This document shows, piece by piece, positions 28,716 to 38,708 of a stretch of DNA of 64,000 bases. Under the pieces are notes generated by a model, which made no database searches, had not been told where the DNA came from, and saw only the letters and a program-made list of their open reading frames with translations. A program made the translations under genes and the position numbers. Within the stretch, counting starts at the first letter, position 1; each line of letters starts with the position of its first letter. This DNA comes from Candidatus Latescibacterota bacterium (GTDB lineage: Bacteria > Latescibacterota > UBA2968): contig OZ242195.1 in the NCBI GenBank assembly GCA_965205975.1, positions 352,001 to 416,000 of the forward strand. The letters run 5' to 3'.

Positions 28716-29762
28716 TTATCGCACTTTACCGCGCCCGACAACTTTCCATACGTGTTCTACATTGCCATTTCGCACGGCATAGACTTCGTCGTGGAGGTTG
28801 GTGGTCATGCCCTGGTGCAGGGGGATGACAGAGAGGCGGTCGCCTACGGTGAAGGTGTGATTGCATTCTGAGATATCGATGTGACCGTGTTCGACGGACA
28901 TGCCGTAGATTTTGGCATTGGGGTGTTCAACGATGTATCCATAAGGTGTGGGGGCATAACTGGTGAATGTTTTTTGCCCGCCATCGATGATGACGCGGTC
29001 GGGTGTGGGTGTGCTGACGATGGTGACTATCATGCGTTCGGCACAGGTGATGGGGTTAGGTGGGTTGTTTTCGCGGTTGATGCGGCGCAGGCCTTCAAAG
29101 ACATAGGATCCAATGCGGGTTTCAGTGCAGCCGATGGCTTTGGAGACTTCGGCAGTGCCCGTGCCACCTCCGCTGATGGTGTTGAGTGCGATGCCCGCGC
29201 TTTGGAGCAGGTCGCGCGTTTGGTCGATGAAGGCTTTGGCGCGTTCGTGACTGGGATAGGTCATGACGCCCTGGAACTGAAGGCCGGGCATGTTTGTAAC
29301 TTTTTGCGCGAGTTCAAGCGCGGCTTTGGGCGATTGTACGCCGCAGCGATTGCCACCGGTGTCGCATTCGATGAGGATGTTGATGGTGGCGTTGTTTTCT
29401 GTTGCGCCATCGGATAGACCACGCGCGGTGATTTCCGAATCGACAGCAACGGTCATGGTGGCGCGTTTACACAGTTCGGCGAGGCGTTTGACTTTGATGG
29501 GTCCGACGATGTTATAGGGGATTAGGATGTCGGGAATGCCCGCTTTGACCATGGCTTCGGCTTCGCCCACTTTTTGGCAGACAATGCCAGTGGCCCCCGC
29601 AGCGAGTTGCATTTTGGCGATTTCGGGGATTTTGTGGGTTTTGGTGTGTACGCGCAGGGGAATGTCGCATTTGTCGCACGCTTCTTGCGTTTCTCGAATA
29701 TTTTTTTCGAGGATGTCGAGGTCGATGGTGAGTGCAGGTGTGTCGAGGTCGTGTATGGTCAT
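28716..29762 (-). CDS. PLP-dependent fold-type III enzyme, D-threonine aldolase / D-serine dehydratase family
   Basis: LDTPAL.IDLD, RVHTKTHK, RCGV, SGGGT, IDGGQK, SVEHG. Confidence 0.9.
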   Translation of the reverse strand: MTIHDLDTPALTIDLDILEKNIRETQEACDKCDIPLRVHTKTHKIPEIAKMQLAAGATGIVCQKVGEAEAMVKAGIPDILIPYNIVGPIKVKRLAELCKRATMTVAVDSEITARGLSDGATENNATINILIECDTGGNRCGVQSPKAALELAQKVTNMPGLQFQGVMTYPSHERAKAFIDQTRDLLQSAGIALNTISGGGTGTAEVSKAIGCTETRIGSYVFEGLRRINRENNPPNPITCAERMIVTIVSTPTPDRVIIDGGQKTFTSYAPTPYGYIVEHPNAKIYGMSVEHGHIDISECNHTFTVGDRLSVIPLHQGMTTNLHDEVYAVRNGNVEHVWKVVGRGKVR

Positions 29763-29980
29763 GGCAATATCTGTTATTACAAGGTGAAAGATGGTGTTGT
29801 GCAGGAATAGGCAATGTACGTTGGTCTGAACAGGGCGTCAAGCGGTTGTAAATAGGTTAATCGCGCCGATAGCGAAAGAGGTCTGCGTTGACAAGGTGAA
29901 AGACGTTGTGTTATTTATGTGGTCAAGATTTACTGGCGTTGTAATGTTGGGGTGATCGTTAACTTAACTGAGGAGGCAAA

Positions 29981-31060
29981 ATGGCAGATAAATTGAAGGT
30001 GGGTATTGTCGGAGTGGGAGGTATTGCGCGGACGCATATTCCGGGTTGGCAGGCTTCAGAACATGCCGAATTGGTGGCCGGAAGCGATATTAGCGAAGAA
30101 GTATTGAAGAATTGGGGTGAACAATACGGTGTGAAAAAGCTGTATGTGAATCCTGAAGATTTGTTTGCCGATCCAGAGATCGATATTGTAGATGTTTGTA
30201 CACCAAACAATTATCACGCGCCTTTATCCATCGGTGCGCTGGATGCGGGCAAACACGTGATTTGTGAAAAGCCACTGGCGCCCAGCCCCCAGTTGGTGAA
30301 AAATATGATTGCTGCACGCGACCGGTCGGGTAAGTTGTTGATGTGCGCGCAGTCGTCGCGGTTTGCGGGGTCATCTCTGGCGATGAAGCGAGAATTGGAT
30401 ACCGGGGTTTTGGGAAATGTGTATCACGCGCGATGCTGGATGTTGCGGCGGTCAGGGGTGCCCGCGCGACCGGGTTTTATTATGAAAAAGCACAGTGGTG
30501 GCGGGCCGTGTATCGATATTGGTGTTCACGTTTTGGATTTGACTTTGTGGTTGATGGGCAATCCCAATCCCGTAGCTGTAACAGGTGTGGCGAAGGCGGA
30601 GTTGGCACATCAGGAAGGTGCGTTCAGTACGATGGGGCGCAGCGGTGGTGCGATTCCCAAAGAATTTGATGTGGAGGATTTTGCAGCGGCTTTTGTGCGG
30701 TTTGAAAATGGGGCTTCGCTTATTCTGGAGACGAGTTGGATGTTATATCAAGGTCCCCCGTCAGAACGGCAGATATGGCTTTACGGCACGAAGGGTGGGG
30801 CGCATTTGCCGAGTTGTGAGATTTATTATTCGGATTCCAAAACGCAGCAACATCACAAATACGCATTGCAAGATACGGGCGATATTGCCAGAGCGCACGC
30901 GCTGGAATGCATGACGTTTGCCAGGGCGATTACAGAGGGCAAACCGTCGCCAGTGCCGGCTGAGCAGTCGCTTCAGGTGATGGCGATTTTGGATGGGATT
31001 TATCGCAGTGAGGAGGAGGGGCGTGAAGTGGATATAGCGCGAGATGCAACCGTTGATTAA
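29981..31060 (+). CDS. Gfo/Idh/MocA family oxidoreductase
   Basis: GIVGVGGIA, VCTPN..H, GKHVICEKP, GGGPCIDIGVH.LD. Confidence 0.93.
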   Translation: MADKLKVGIVGVGGIARTHIPGWQASEHAELVAGSDISEEVLKNWGEQYGVKKLYVNPEDLFADPEIDIVDVCTPNNYHAPLSIGALDAGKHVICEKPLAPSPQLVKNMIAARDRSGKLLMCAQSSRFAGSSLAMKRELDTGVLGNVYHARCWMLRRSGVPARPGFIMKKHSGGGPCIDIGVHVLDLTLWLMGNPNPVAVTGVAKAELAHQEGAFSTMGRSGGAIPKEFDVEDFAAAFVRFENGASLILETSWMLYQGPPSERQIWLYGTKGGAHLPSCEIYYSDSKTQQHHKYALQDTGDIARAHALECMTFARAITEGKPSPVPAEQSLQVMAILDGIYRSEEEGREVDIARDATVD

Positions 31061-32370
31061 TAAACTTTGTCGTCTTCGTTTTTCTTTTCAAGGGTATTTT
31101 CCCATCGGCGTTCGGGAGATTGAGGGGCGCGATCGATGAGTTTGTTGGGTTTGCCCATTTGTTTTACCAGATCAAAGGCATCGTAGAGTTCACCCACAAC
31201 GGTCATTGCGCGGTAGTGCAGAGTGTCGTCTGAGACTGTGATGACCTGATAAAGTTGTGTGTTTTCCCCACCGCGCGTCATCCAGCGGTCTTTTCTGAGT
31301 TTGTATTGTTTGGGACCGCTGACCGATACGACGTACACGGTGCCTTTGGTTGAGTCGCGCACGGTTACGCCGCTGCCGATGTTATTCCCTCTGGCATACG
31401 TGTGATCGTGACCCTGGAGCACCAGATCAACGGCGTATTTGTCAAAGATGGGTTTCCATGCTTCGCGCAGGTCTTTGTTGTCGCGGCCATCAGATGCCGA
31501 ATAGACGGGGTGATGGAATGTGACAAAGGTCCATTTATTGGGATTGTTTTTGAGCACTTGTTCCAGCCAGTGTGCCTGTTCTTCACGACCTTCATTGGAA
31601 TTGAGGGAGATGATGCGCGCACCCTGGTAGTCTGTGTAATAGGTGGTTTCCTCAAAGCCTTTGGGGCCATTTTCGGGCAGGGTGAAATGCGGACGCCATA
31701 GAACAGATAGACGGCGTGTGACCCCATTTTTATAGTATTCGTGATTCCCCGGCGTAGATATGCTGGGGATTTTTGCATGGATCCAGTCGCCAGATTCAAA
31801 CCATTCCTCCCATTCACTATCCCTGTTGGCACGATTGACGAGGTCGCCTGCGTGGAGGATAAAGTCGGCATGGGGCGCGTCGAGCACAGCGGTTCGTATG
31901 GTGCGTGCCCAAAGAGCGAGCAGGTTGTTTTGGGCATCGCCAAAGTAGATGAAGGTGAAATCATCCGGTTCGGCAGAGGCTGTGCGAAATTGATACCAGG
32001 AACTCCAGATTTTGTCGCTGCCCACACGATAGGCATAGAGGGTGTTGGGCTTGAGGTCCTTGAATGTGACCGAATGGAAATGGGCAGTATTTCCATCGTG
32101 TTCCCATTTTTCAGTGCGCGCTGTTTCGCTTTTGGCCCATGTCGTAAAATTGGCCGAGGCTTTGGCTTCTGCGATCTGACCTTCGGCTTGTGCGATGCTC
32201 GTATTGGTGCGCCATGTGATTGATGCTGTGGTGGTGGGGTCTCCCGACCAGTTGAGTACAATGCGGTCGGGAATTTTTGAGGGAATGGAATCTACGGCTG
32301 CACGGTAATGCTCGTTTGCATAAATCGGGGTTGTGAACAGGAGCAGGAGGATGAGGCAAATCGGGCGCAT
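31057..32370 (-). CDS. Secreted purple acid phosphatase-type metallophosphoesterase with FN3-like N-terminal domain
   Basis: FGDAQ, HAGDLV, GNHE, FHHP, GHDH motifs; signal peptide. Confidence 0.9.
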   Translation of the reverse strand: MRPICLILLLLFTTPIYANEHYRAAVDSIPSKIPDRIVLNWSGDPTTTASITWRTNTSIAQAEGQIAEAKASANFTTWAKSETARTEKWEHDGNTAHFHSVTFKDLKPNTLYAYRVGSDKIWSSWYQFRTASAEPDDFTFIYFGDAQNNLLALWARTIRTAVLDAPHADFILHAGDLVNRANRDSEWEEWFESGDWIHAKIPSISTPGNHEYYKNGVTRRLSVLWRPHFTLPENGPKGFEETTYYTDYQGARIISLNSNEGREEQAHWLEQVLKNNPNKWTFVTFHHPVYSASDGRDNKDLREAWKPIFDKYAVDLVLQGHDHTYARGNNIGSGVTVRDSTKGTVYVVSVSGPKQYKLRKDRWMTRGGENTQLYQVITVSDDTLHYRAMTVVGELYDAFDLVKQMGKPNKLIDRAPQSPERRWENTLEKKNEDDKVY

Positions 32371-32461
32371 GGTGGTCTCCAGGTGAGGATGTGGGAAAAA
32401 TGTTTCTCTTACAAAGATATACAATGCGTGCCAAATTAAAAAGGCGAAACGCAACTTTTAT

Positions 32462-33211
32462 TCAATCAATTTCAAGAGAGATTTCGTTGTTGAGTTGTTC
32501 GCGTTCGGATCGAGAATCGTTTGTGGCATAGTGGAGGATGAGCGCTTTGCGCCATGTGTTTGTGTGATTGATTTCGCTGTGGTGCAGGGTGCAGCCGTGA
32601 TGAAATATGACAGATCCTGTGGGCACGGGACAGGCGACGGATTCGGGAAGGTCGATATTTCTCGTATCGGGTACGTGATGCACGGGGCGGTCCGGGTCAT
32701 GGGTGATGTCGAAGATGCCGTGTCTGTGTGAGCCGGGTACATAACGCATACAGCCATTGGTATCTGTGGCCTCGTCTAAGGCAATCCAGGCTGTGACGAG
32801 GCCGTTGATGGGTTGTACGCGAAAATAGCTCTGGTCCTGGTGCGCTGGTTTTGCCTGACCGCCCGGTGGTTTGAGCAGCATCTGGTCGCGAAAAACGCGA
32901 ATGCACGGTCCGATCAGGCCGCGCACGAGTGCGAGTAATTTGGGATGTTTGGCAATGGGATGATAGGCGGGGTCAAAGCGTACGACAAATGCGAGAACGC
33001 GCACACTTTGATTTCGCGCTTCTGGATTTGATTTGTCTGTTACGGTATTGCCTTCAAGGCCAATTGAGACGCCCTCAGGTGCTCGATCCGGGTCGGCTAC
33101 AATCTCGTCGGTGCGATGAATAACGTCGGCGAGTTCTTCTTTTTTAAAGAGGTTTTTTACGATGAGGTAGCCATGGGTGTCGTAAAATGTTTTCATACTG
33201 GGTTCAAACAC
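32462..33211 (-). CDS. Phytanoyl-CoA dioxygenase (PhyH) family protein
   Basis: GYL, HQD, AWIALD, NGC..VPGSH, H.S.N...R; AAGGAG RBS before GTG 33211. Confidence 0.9.
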   Translation of the reverse strand: MFEPSMKTFYDTHGYLIVKNLFKKEELADVIHRTDEIVADPDRAPEGVSIGLEGNTVTDKSNPEARNQSVRVLAFVVRFDPAYHPIAKHPKLLALVRGLIGPCIRVFRDQMLLKPPGGQAKPAHQDQSYFRVQPINGLVTAWIALDEATDTNGCMRYVPGSHRHGIFDITHDPDRPVHHVPDTRNIDLPESVACPVPTGSVIFHHGCTLHHSEINHTNTWRKALILHYATNDSRSEREQLNNEISLEID

Positions 33212-33327
33212 GGTGTTCTCCTTTGACGCGGAAAATACAGGTTTAAACACAGTATGTCAAGTGCGTGAACCGATAATGATACAGTGGTGTCCTTTTTCGG
33301 ACACTTGGCACACAGATAATCTATGTC

Positions 33328-33377
33328 TTGACATTAAACTATTTTGAAGTAAATTCCAAAATAGTTCAACTAATTTG
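33328..33377 (+). promoter_or_regulatory. Promoter overlapped by three 10-bp operator-like half-sites
   Basis: TTGACA at 33328; AACTATTTTG (33337-33346), CAAAATAGTT (33357-33366), AACTAATTTG (33368-33377). Confidence 0.6.
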
Positions 33378-33391
33378 GAGGAAAGTTCAAA

Positions 33392-34558
33392 ATGGTACAC
33401 TATTCTCGGCGTTTAAAAATTGATTTGCCCAACCGACAATCGGCTTTTTTGTGGGGACCGCGAAAAACGGGTAAATCCACATATCTCAAGCAGGTGTTTC
33501 CCAACAGTCTGGTCTATGATTTCCTGAAGACGGATTTGATGCTGGATTTCAACCGGCGGCCAGTCATGTTGCGCGAGCAAATTCTCGCCCAATCCGAAGC
33601 ATTATTGGAACATCCGATTATCCTGGACGAGGTGCAGCGCGTACCGCTTTTATTGGATGAGGTGCATTGGCTGATAGAAAATAGGGGATTGCGTTTTATT
33701 TTATGTGGTTCCAGTGCGCGAAAACTCAAGCGGGGACGGGCCAATTTGCTCGGTGGACGCGCCTGGCGATATGAAATGTTTCCATTGGTGACAGATGAGT
33801 TGCCTGACGGCGATATAGATCTCTTGAGGATTTTGAATCGCGGCCTGATTCCCGATCATTTTGCCAGCACGCAATATCGCCGTTCTCTAAATGCTTATGT
33901 GCAAGATTACTTAAAAGAAGAAGTTTTTGACGAGGGATTGACGCGCAATATTCCGGCATTTTCCAGATTTTTTGATGCGATGGGATACTCTCACGGCGAG
34001 TTGACTAATTTTTCCAATATTGCCCGAGAGTGTGGCGTGAGTTCCAAGACTGTAAAAGAGTATTATCAAATTCTCGTCGATACGCTTTTGGGCAAAATGG
34101 TTGAACCTTTTAAGAGACGACAAAGCAGGCAGGTTATTTCCAGAGCGCCCAAGTTTTATTTATTTGATGTGGGTGTGGCTGGTGTACTTGCAAAACGGCA
34201 TTTGGAGGATGCCCAGGGCATAATTTTTGGCAAAGCGTTTGAGCATTTTATTTTTTCCGAATTGATGGCACACGCTTCTTATAGTGCGTTGTATTACGAT
34301 GTTCATTTTTGGCGCACGAAGTCGGGGTTAGAGGTTGATTTTGTACTGGGCAATGGCGAGGTGGCAATTGAGGCCAAAGGTACAAGTCGGGTAGATAACA
34401 GGGTTCTTCAACCTATGCGTGCATTTATCGATGAATTCGCGCCCAGAAAAGCTATAGTTGTTTGCAATGAAACGGCGGAACGCGTTGTTGGCCCAATTCG
34501 CATTGTGCCCTGGAAAGAGTTTCTCCAATCTCTATGGGCAGGTGATGTGATTTCATGA
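33392..34558 (+). CDS. AAA_14 ATPase with DUF4143 and C-terminal PD-(D/E)xK-like domain
   Basis: GPRKTGKST, LDEVQ, GSSA, PKFYLFDVG, FWRT..G.EVDF...IEAK. Confidence 0.9.
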   Translation: MVHYSRRLKIDLPNRQSAFLWGPRKTGKSTYLKQVFPNSLVYDFLKTDLMLDFNRRPVMLREQILAQSEALLEHPIILDEVQRVPLLLDEVHWLIENRGLRFILCGSSARKLKRGRANLLGGRAWRYEMFPLVTDELPDGDIDLLRILNRGLIPDHFASTQYRRSLNAYVQDYLKEEVFDEGLTRNIPAFSRFFDAMGYSHGELTNFSNIARECGVSSKTVKEYYQILVDTLLGKMVEPFKRRQSRQVISRAPKFYLFDVGVAGVLAKRHLEDAQGIIFGKAFEHFIFSELMAHASYSALYYDVHFWRTKSGLEVDFVLGNGEVAIEAKGTSRVDNRVLQPMRAFIDEFAPRKAIVVCNETAERVVGPIRIVPWKEFLQSLWAGDVIS

Positions 34559-35899
34559 AGGACGCAGGGTCCCCAGTTGAAACCGGCGGGGGTCGCCGAG
34601 GCGTTTTTCCAGGGCCTCGGGTGTCCAGTTGGTGTGGGTGAGTGCCCAGTCGATTTCACTGGCGAGTGGGCTGTCGAAGATGCCGGGGTCGTCTGCGCCG
34701 ATGACGAGGTTGACATTTGATTTGAGGAATGTGTGGATGGGGTGATGAGCGGGATCGGGCACGCCGCCGATGCGGAGATTGGAGGTGGGGCACGTTTCGA
34801 TGACTGTGCCGAGTTTTGTGAGGCGGTTTAGAACAAATTGCTGGCGGTTGCGGATTTCTTCGAGGCGTTGGGGATTATATGGGCGCTCGACTATTTCGTC
34901 GGGTGCTCGATTTTTCAGGGTTTGTCGTTCGGTTTGGAGTGCGCTGGCGTTCACTTCGATATCGAAGGCCGAAAGTTCTGGGGCGTACATGAGATCGTAG
35001 GCGATCTGGTCGAGGCGTTCGCTTGCTCGTTCTCCTACGTGTGCATTTGGACGGCGCGCAATCGCGACTGCCGGGTCGAGGCCGAGCGCTATGGCATGAC
35101 CCACTCGCCTGACACCCATTTCGGCGGCTTCGTGACACCAGCGTATCGCGCTTTCGAGGGATTTGTCAAAATAGCTTTCGCCTACGTGGTAGGTGATTTC
35201 GAGGGCGCGTTCGGGGCGTTGCTGGTTGTTTTTGTGTACGCGTTGGAAGAGTTCTCGGTTGTCTTTGGGGGGATAGCCTTCTTCGATGTCGGCAAAGTCA
35301 ATGCCGACGATGGTGGGTATGAGTTCGGGATTTTCATCTATGAGGTCTTGCACCCATTCGTAGTCTTGCTGCGCGGTCGAGCGGCGCAGGGTGATGATGT
35401 AACGCGCGGTTGTGTTGTTTTGCGATGCGTTTGAGAGGACTTGGGCATTTGTGCGGTGAAAGTCGATGAATGACGCTCGCATTTCACCACCGGCACTGCA
35501 ACGGTATTCGATAAAGGTGATACCTTCTTTGCGATGCCGGTTATGTGCTTTGAAAAACGCCTTGATCAGGAGTTCCTGTCTTTTGGGCGGGTGCCTCAAA
35601 AGGCTGGTGATGAGGTTAAATTTGGCTTTAAACCGGCCAAAGTCGCCCCCGTCTTTTTCGGTGTAGATGTAGTGTTCCTTAAATTTGGCAAGTCCCACGG
35701 TTGGATTGGATATGGCATCGCGGTAGAGCGCGATGGGATCGGGGTGAATGCCATAAGCTTCTTCGTAGGCGTCTGTAAAAGGCGTCCAGTCAATGTCTTC
35801 GTAAAGGTCTTTGCCGAGTTCTATGAGGTCTTCGGCAGTCAAGCATCCGCCGGGGTGGACGTGGAGTTCACAAGTTTTGGCTAAGTGGAGTGGGGGCAT
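34553..35899 (-). CDS. Adenosine/AMP deaminase-like amidohydrolase
   Basis: ELHVH, HVGE, RVGHA, ETCPTSN, ADDPGIF. Confidence 0.8.
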   Translation of the reverse strand: MPPLHLAKTCELHVHPGGCLTAEDLIELGKDLYEDIDWTPFTDAYEEAYGIHPDPIALYRDAISNPTVGLAKFKEHYIYTEKDGGDFGRFKAKFNLITSLLRHPPKRQELLIKAFFKAHNRHRKEGITFIEYRCSAGGEMRASFIDFHRTNAQVLSNASQNNTTARYIITLRRSTAQQDYEWVQDLIDENPELIPTIVGIDFADIEEGYPPKDNRELFQRVHKNNQQRPERALEITYHVGESYFDKSLESAIRWCHEAAEMGVRRVGHAIALGLDPAVAIARRPNAHVGERASERLDQIAYDLMYAPELSAFDIEVNASALQTERQTLKNRAPDEIVERPYNPQRLEEIRNRQQFVLNRLTKLGTVIETCPTSNLRIGGVPDPAHHPIHTFLKSNVNLVIGADDPGIFDSPLASEIDWALTHTNWTPEALEKRLGDPRRFQLGTLRPS

Positions 35900-36024
35900 A
35901 TATTGTTCCTTTGGATTCGCGCGTTTTAAGCCTGTTACACACAGAAAAGTTAAGAGAATTTGCAGAGTGAGACAAGCTCCTATTTACAGATTGAAAAATG
36001 TCTCAAATTAAGGCAATTCACCGC

Positions 36025-36053
36025 TTGACGCGGCTTGTTATTTGTGATATTTT
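36025..36053 (+). promoter_or_regulatory. sigma70-type promoter
   Basis: TTGACG, 17-nt spacer, TATTTT upstream of the small ORF. Confidence 0.55.
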
Positions 36054-36087
36054 ATGAAGTGAAATAATCGCGCAAATGGAGGCTTAC

Positions 36088-36318
36088 ATGACCGCACAGT
36101 TGTTGATTTTTATGGGTGCAATGGTTTACCTGGGTTGGGTGTTTGTTCGATATTGGAAACGTCGCAATCGCAAAGATGTCCCGTTTATTGAAGTGGTTGA
36201 AGATAAGCCCGTGAGTAAGCCGTATAGACAGAGACGTATTCAAAAGAAGAGGGAATCCGATGCCGACCGCGAGTGGCGCAAGCGCGTGCGTGACGAAATT
36301 GAAGATATGACAAAATAA
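36088..36318 (+). CDS. Small single-pass membrane protein
   Basis: GGAGG RBS; N-terminal hydrophobic helix then highly charged tail; flanked by a promoter and a terminator. Confidence 0.7.
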   Translation: MTAQLLIFMGAMVYLGWVFVRYWKRRNRKDVPFIEVVEDKPVSKPYRQRRIQKKRESDADREWRKRVRDEIEDMTK

Positions 36319-36376
36319 AGTCGCGGGTCGAAATCCATTTGTTTAAGGCAAGCGCAGTCTTTTTTATGACACCAAG

Positions 36377-36404
36377 AAACCTCATCCTTATCGGATGGGG
36401 TTTT
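36377..36404 (+). terminator. Intrinsic terminator
   Basis: aaacctcatcc-ttatc-ggatggggttt followed by a T run. Confidence 0.7.
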
Positions 36405-36481
36405 TATTTGTACTTGCTCTTGAGCGATTTGCGTGCTACGTTATCCACGAGCGAACAAACCTTTGAATTGGGATATTGAAT

Positions 36482-37609
36482 ATGCGCGAATATTTGATTA
36501 TTGATGGTCATCTCGATATGGCGTTTAATGCGCTGTTTTATCGCCGGGATCTCACGCAGTCTGTATATGTGTTGCGCGATCGAGAAGACAGTATGGTGGG
36601 GGGATTGTCGGCCCATCCGGATTCGCTGGAGAAACGCTTGGGACCACAGCCCAAGCGGTTTACGCCAACTGTTTGTTTGCCCGAGATGCGCAAAGGGCGC
36701 GTGGGGATTATGCTTTCGACCATTATGTGTCGCGTGCAAAATCCACAGGACAATACGCACAATGCGGTGCGTACACAGGATGTGGCTTATGCGCGGGGGC
36801 AATCTCATCTGGCGTATTATCGGGCACTGGAACGATGTGGAGAGATTCGGTTTATTAAATCTGTAGCAGATCTCAATGCCTGTGTTGCTGACTGGGAGGA
36901 TCCATCTGACGATACACCTGTGGGGCTTATTTTGTCGATGGAAAGTGCCGATCCGATTCTGGGTCCCGATCAGGTGGGCGAATGGTATGAGGCCGGCTTG
37001 AGATCGGTGTCTTTGACGCATTTTGGCGCCAATACGTATGGACACGGTACGGGTACGGTGGGCGGGCTATATCCACCGGCATACGCGCTGATGGACGCGT
37101 TGTCTGAGACCGATATTGCGCTGGATCTGACCCATGCTGCAGATCTCACTTTCTGGCATATTCTCGATTATTGGAAGGGGCCAGTGCATGCCAGCCATTG
37201 CAATTGTCGCGCTTTGGTGCCGGGGCAGCGGCATTTGTCGGACGATATGATCCGCGCGATTACAGACCGAGGGGGCGTAATCGGGATGGTTTTTGCCGAG
37301 CAGATGTTGTCTCCGGCATGGAATTGGGATGATCCGAGTACGCATTATACCACGGCAACCCGACCTATGAAGGCGGTGCTCGAACACATTGATCACATCT
37401 GCGAACTGACCGGCAGTACAGATCATGTGGCTTTTGGCACAGATCTGGATGGTGGATTTGGGCTGGAGCTTTCGCCCACAGATTATCACACGATTGACGA
37501 TTTGCAGCGTTTTCTAAATATCATGCGCGATCACGGCTATGGAGAAGACGATGTGAAGGGTTTTGCGCATGGGAATTTGGTTCGATTTTTTAATACAGCT
37601 TGGGGATGA
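36482..37609 (+). CDS. Membrane (renal-type) dipeptidase, peptidase M19 family
   Basis: IDGHLD, MESADPI, DLTH, ASHCN, GTDLDG. Confidence 0.9.
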   Translation: MREYLIIDGHLDMAFNALFYRRDLTQSVYVLRDREDSMVGGLSAHPDSLEKRLGPQPKRFTPTVCLPEMRKGRVGIMLSTIMCRVQNPQDNTHNAVRTQDVAYARGQSHLAYYRALERCGEIRFIKSVADLNACVADWEDPSDDTPVGLILSMESADPILGPDQVGEWYEAGLRSVSLTHFGANTYGHGTGTVGGLYPPAYALMDALSETDIALDLTHAADLTFWHILDYWKGPVHASHCNCRALVPGQRHLSDDMIRAITDRGGVIGMVFAEQMLSPAWNWDDPSTHYTTATRPMKAVLEHIDHICELTGSTDHVAFGTDLDGGFGLELSPTDYHTIDDLQRFLNIMRDHGYGEDDVKGFAHGNLVRFFNTAWG

Positions 37610-37610
37610 C

Positions 37611-38696
37611 ATGGCCGATCATACTTACTTTATTGTCGATAGCCACTTAGACCTTGCCTTTTGCGCCATTCAAGTCAATCGCGATCTCACGCAACCTGCA
37701 GCAACCGTGCGGGTACACGATTCGGAATCGACCAGACGCAGTTTTGGATCGTGTACGACCACGTTTCCCGAGTTGCACAAAGGGCGGGTCGGGATTGTGT
37801 TTGGCACGGTGATGTCGCGTATTGATACCAATGATCGGTGGACGCGCACGGGGATGTGGGATCAGACGCAGTGTTATGGTGTAGGGATAGGGCATTGCGC
37901 TTTTTACAAGGCGATGGAACGGCGTGGGATTATTCGGCAGATTCATACGGTTGAGGATTTGGATGAATGCGTTGCGGCGTGGGCGCAGCCTGCGGCAGAT
38001 ACCCCCATCGGGTTGGTGCTGGCGATGGAAAGTGCCGATCCGATCCTCGATCCCGATCATGTGTCCGAATGGCGCGATCTGGGCTTGAAAATGGTGAGTA
38101 TTTCACATTATGGCGTGAGTTCCTATTGCCACGGGACAGGGACAGAGGGGGGATTGCTGGATCGAGGCAGGCCATTGCTTGACGCGCTCAAAGACGCTGG
38201 TATTATTGTTGATATGACACATACGACTGATCAGGCTTTCTGGGAAGTTCTCGATTATTACGATGGGCCGGTGGCTGCAAGCCATCACAATTGTCGGGCA
38301 CTGACGCCGGGGCAGAGACAGTTGACTGATGATATGATCCGCGCGATTGTAGAACGAGGCGGGGTTATTGGCGCGGCTTTTGATGTGTGGATGCTCGATC
38401 CAGAGTGGAAGCGGGGCGTGCCGTGTTATGAGCAGACGACAAAGGCGACGCTCGAGACTGTGGTCAATCACATCGATCATGTGTGTCAGCTTGCTGGCAA
38501 TGTGAATCATTCTGGCATTGGGACAGATCTCGATGGTGGGTATGGCCAGGAACAGTCGCCGCGAGATTTAAATACAATTGCCGATTTGCAGAATCTGGTG
38601 CCCATTTTTGAACGGCGCGGATATTCAGAAGAGGATATTCAAAAGGTGTTGTCGGGGAATTGGGTGCGGTTGTTGAAATCGGTGTGGGAAAGGTGA
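37611..38696 (+). CDS. Peptidase M19 family dipeptidase (tandem paralogue)
   Basis: VDSHLD, MESADPI, DMTH, ASHHN, GTDLDG. Confidence 0.9.
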   Translation: MADHTYFIVDSHLDLAFCAIQVNRDLTQPAATVRVHDSESTRRSFGSCTTTFPELHKGRVGIVFGTVMSRIDTNDRWTRTGMWDQTQCYGVGIGHCAFYKAMERRGIIRQIHTVEDLDECVAAWAQPAADTPIGLVLAMESADPILDPDHVSEWRDLGLKMVSISHYGVSSYCHGTGTEGGLLDRGRPLLDALKDAGIIVDMTHTTDQAFWEVLDYYDGPVAASHHNCRALTPGQRQLTDDMIRAIVERGGVIGAAFDVWMLDPEWKRGVPCYEQTTKATLETVVNHIDHVCQLAGNVNHSGIGTDLDGGYGQEQSPRDLNTIADLQNLVPIFERRGYSEEDIQKVLSGNWVRLLKSVWER

Positions 38697-38708
38697 GAGG
38701 ATACAAAT

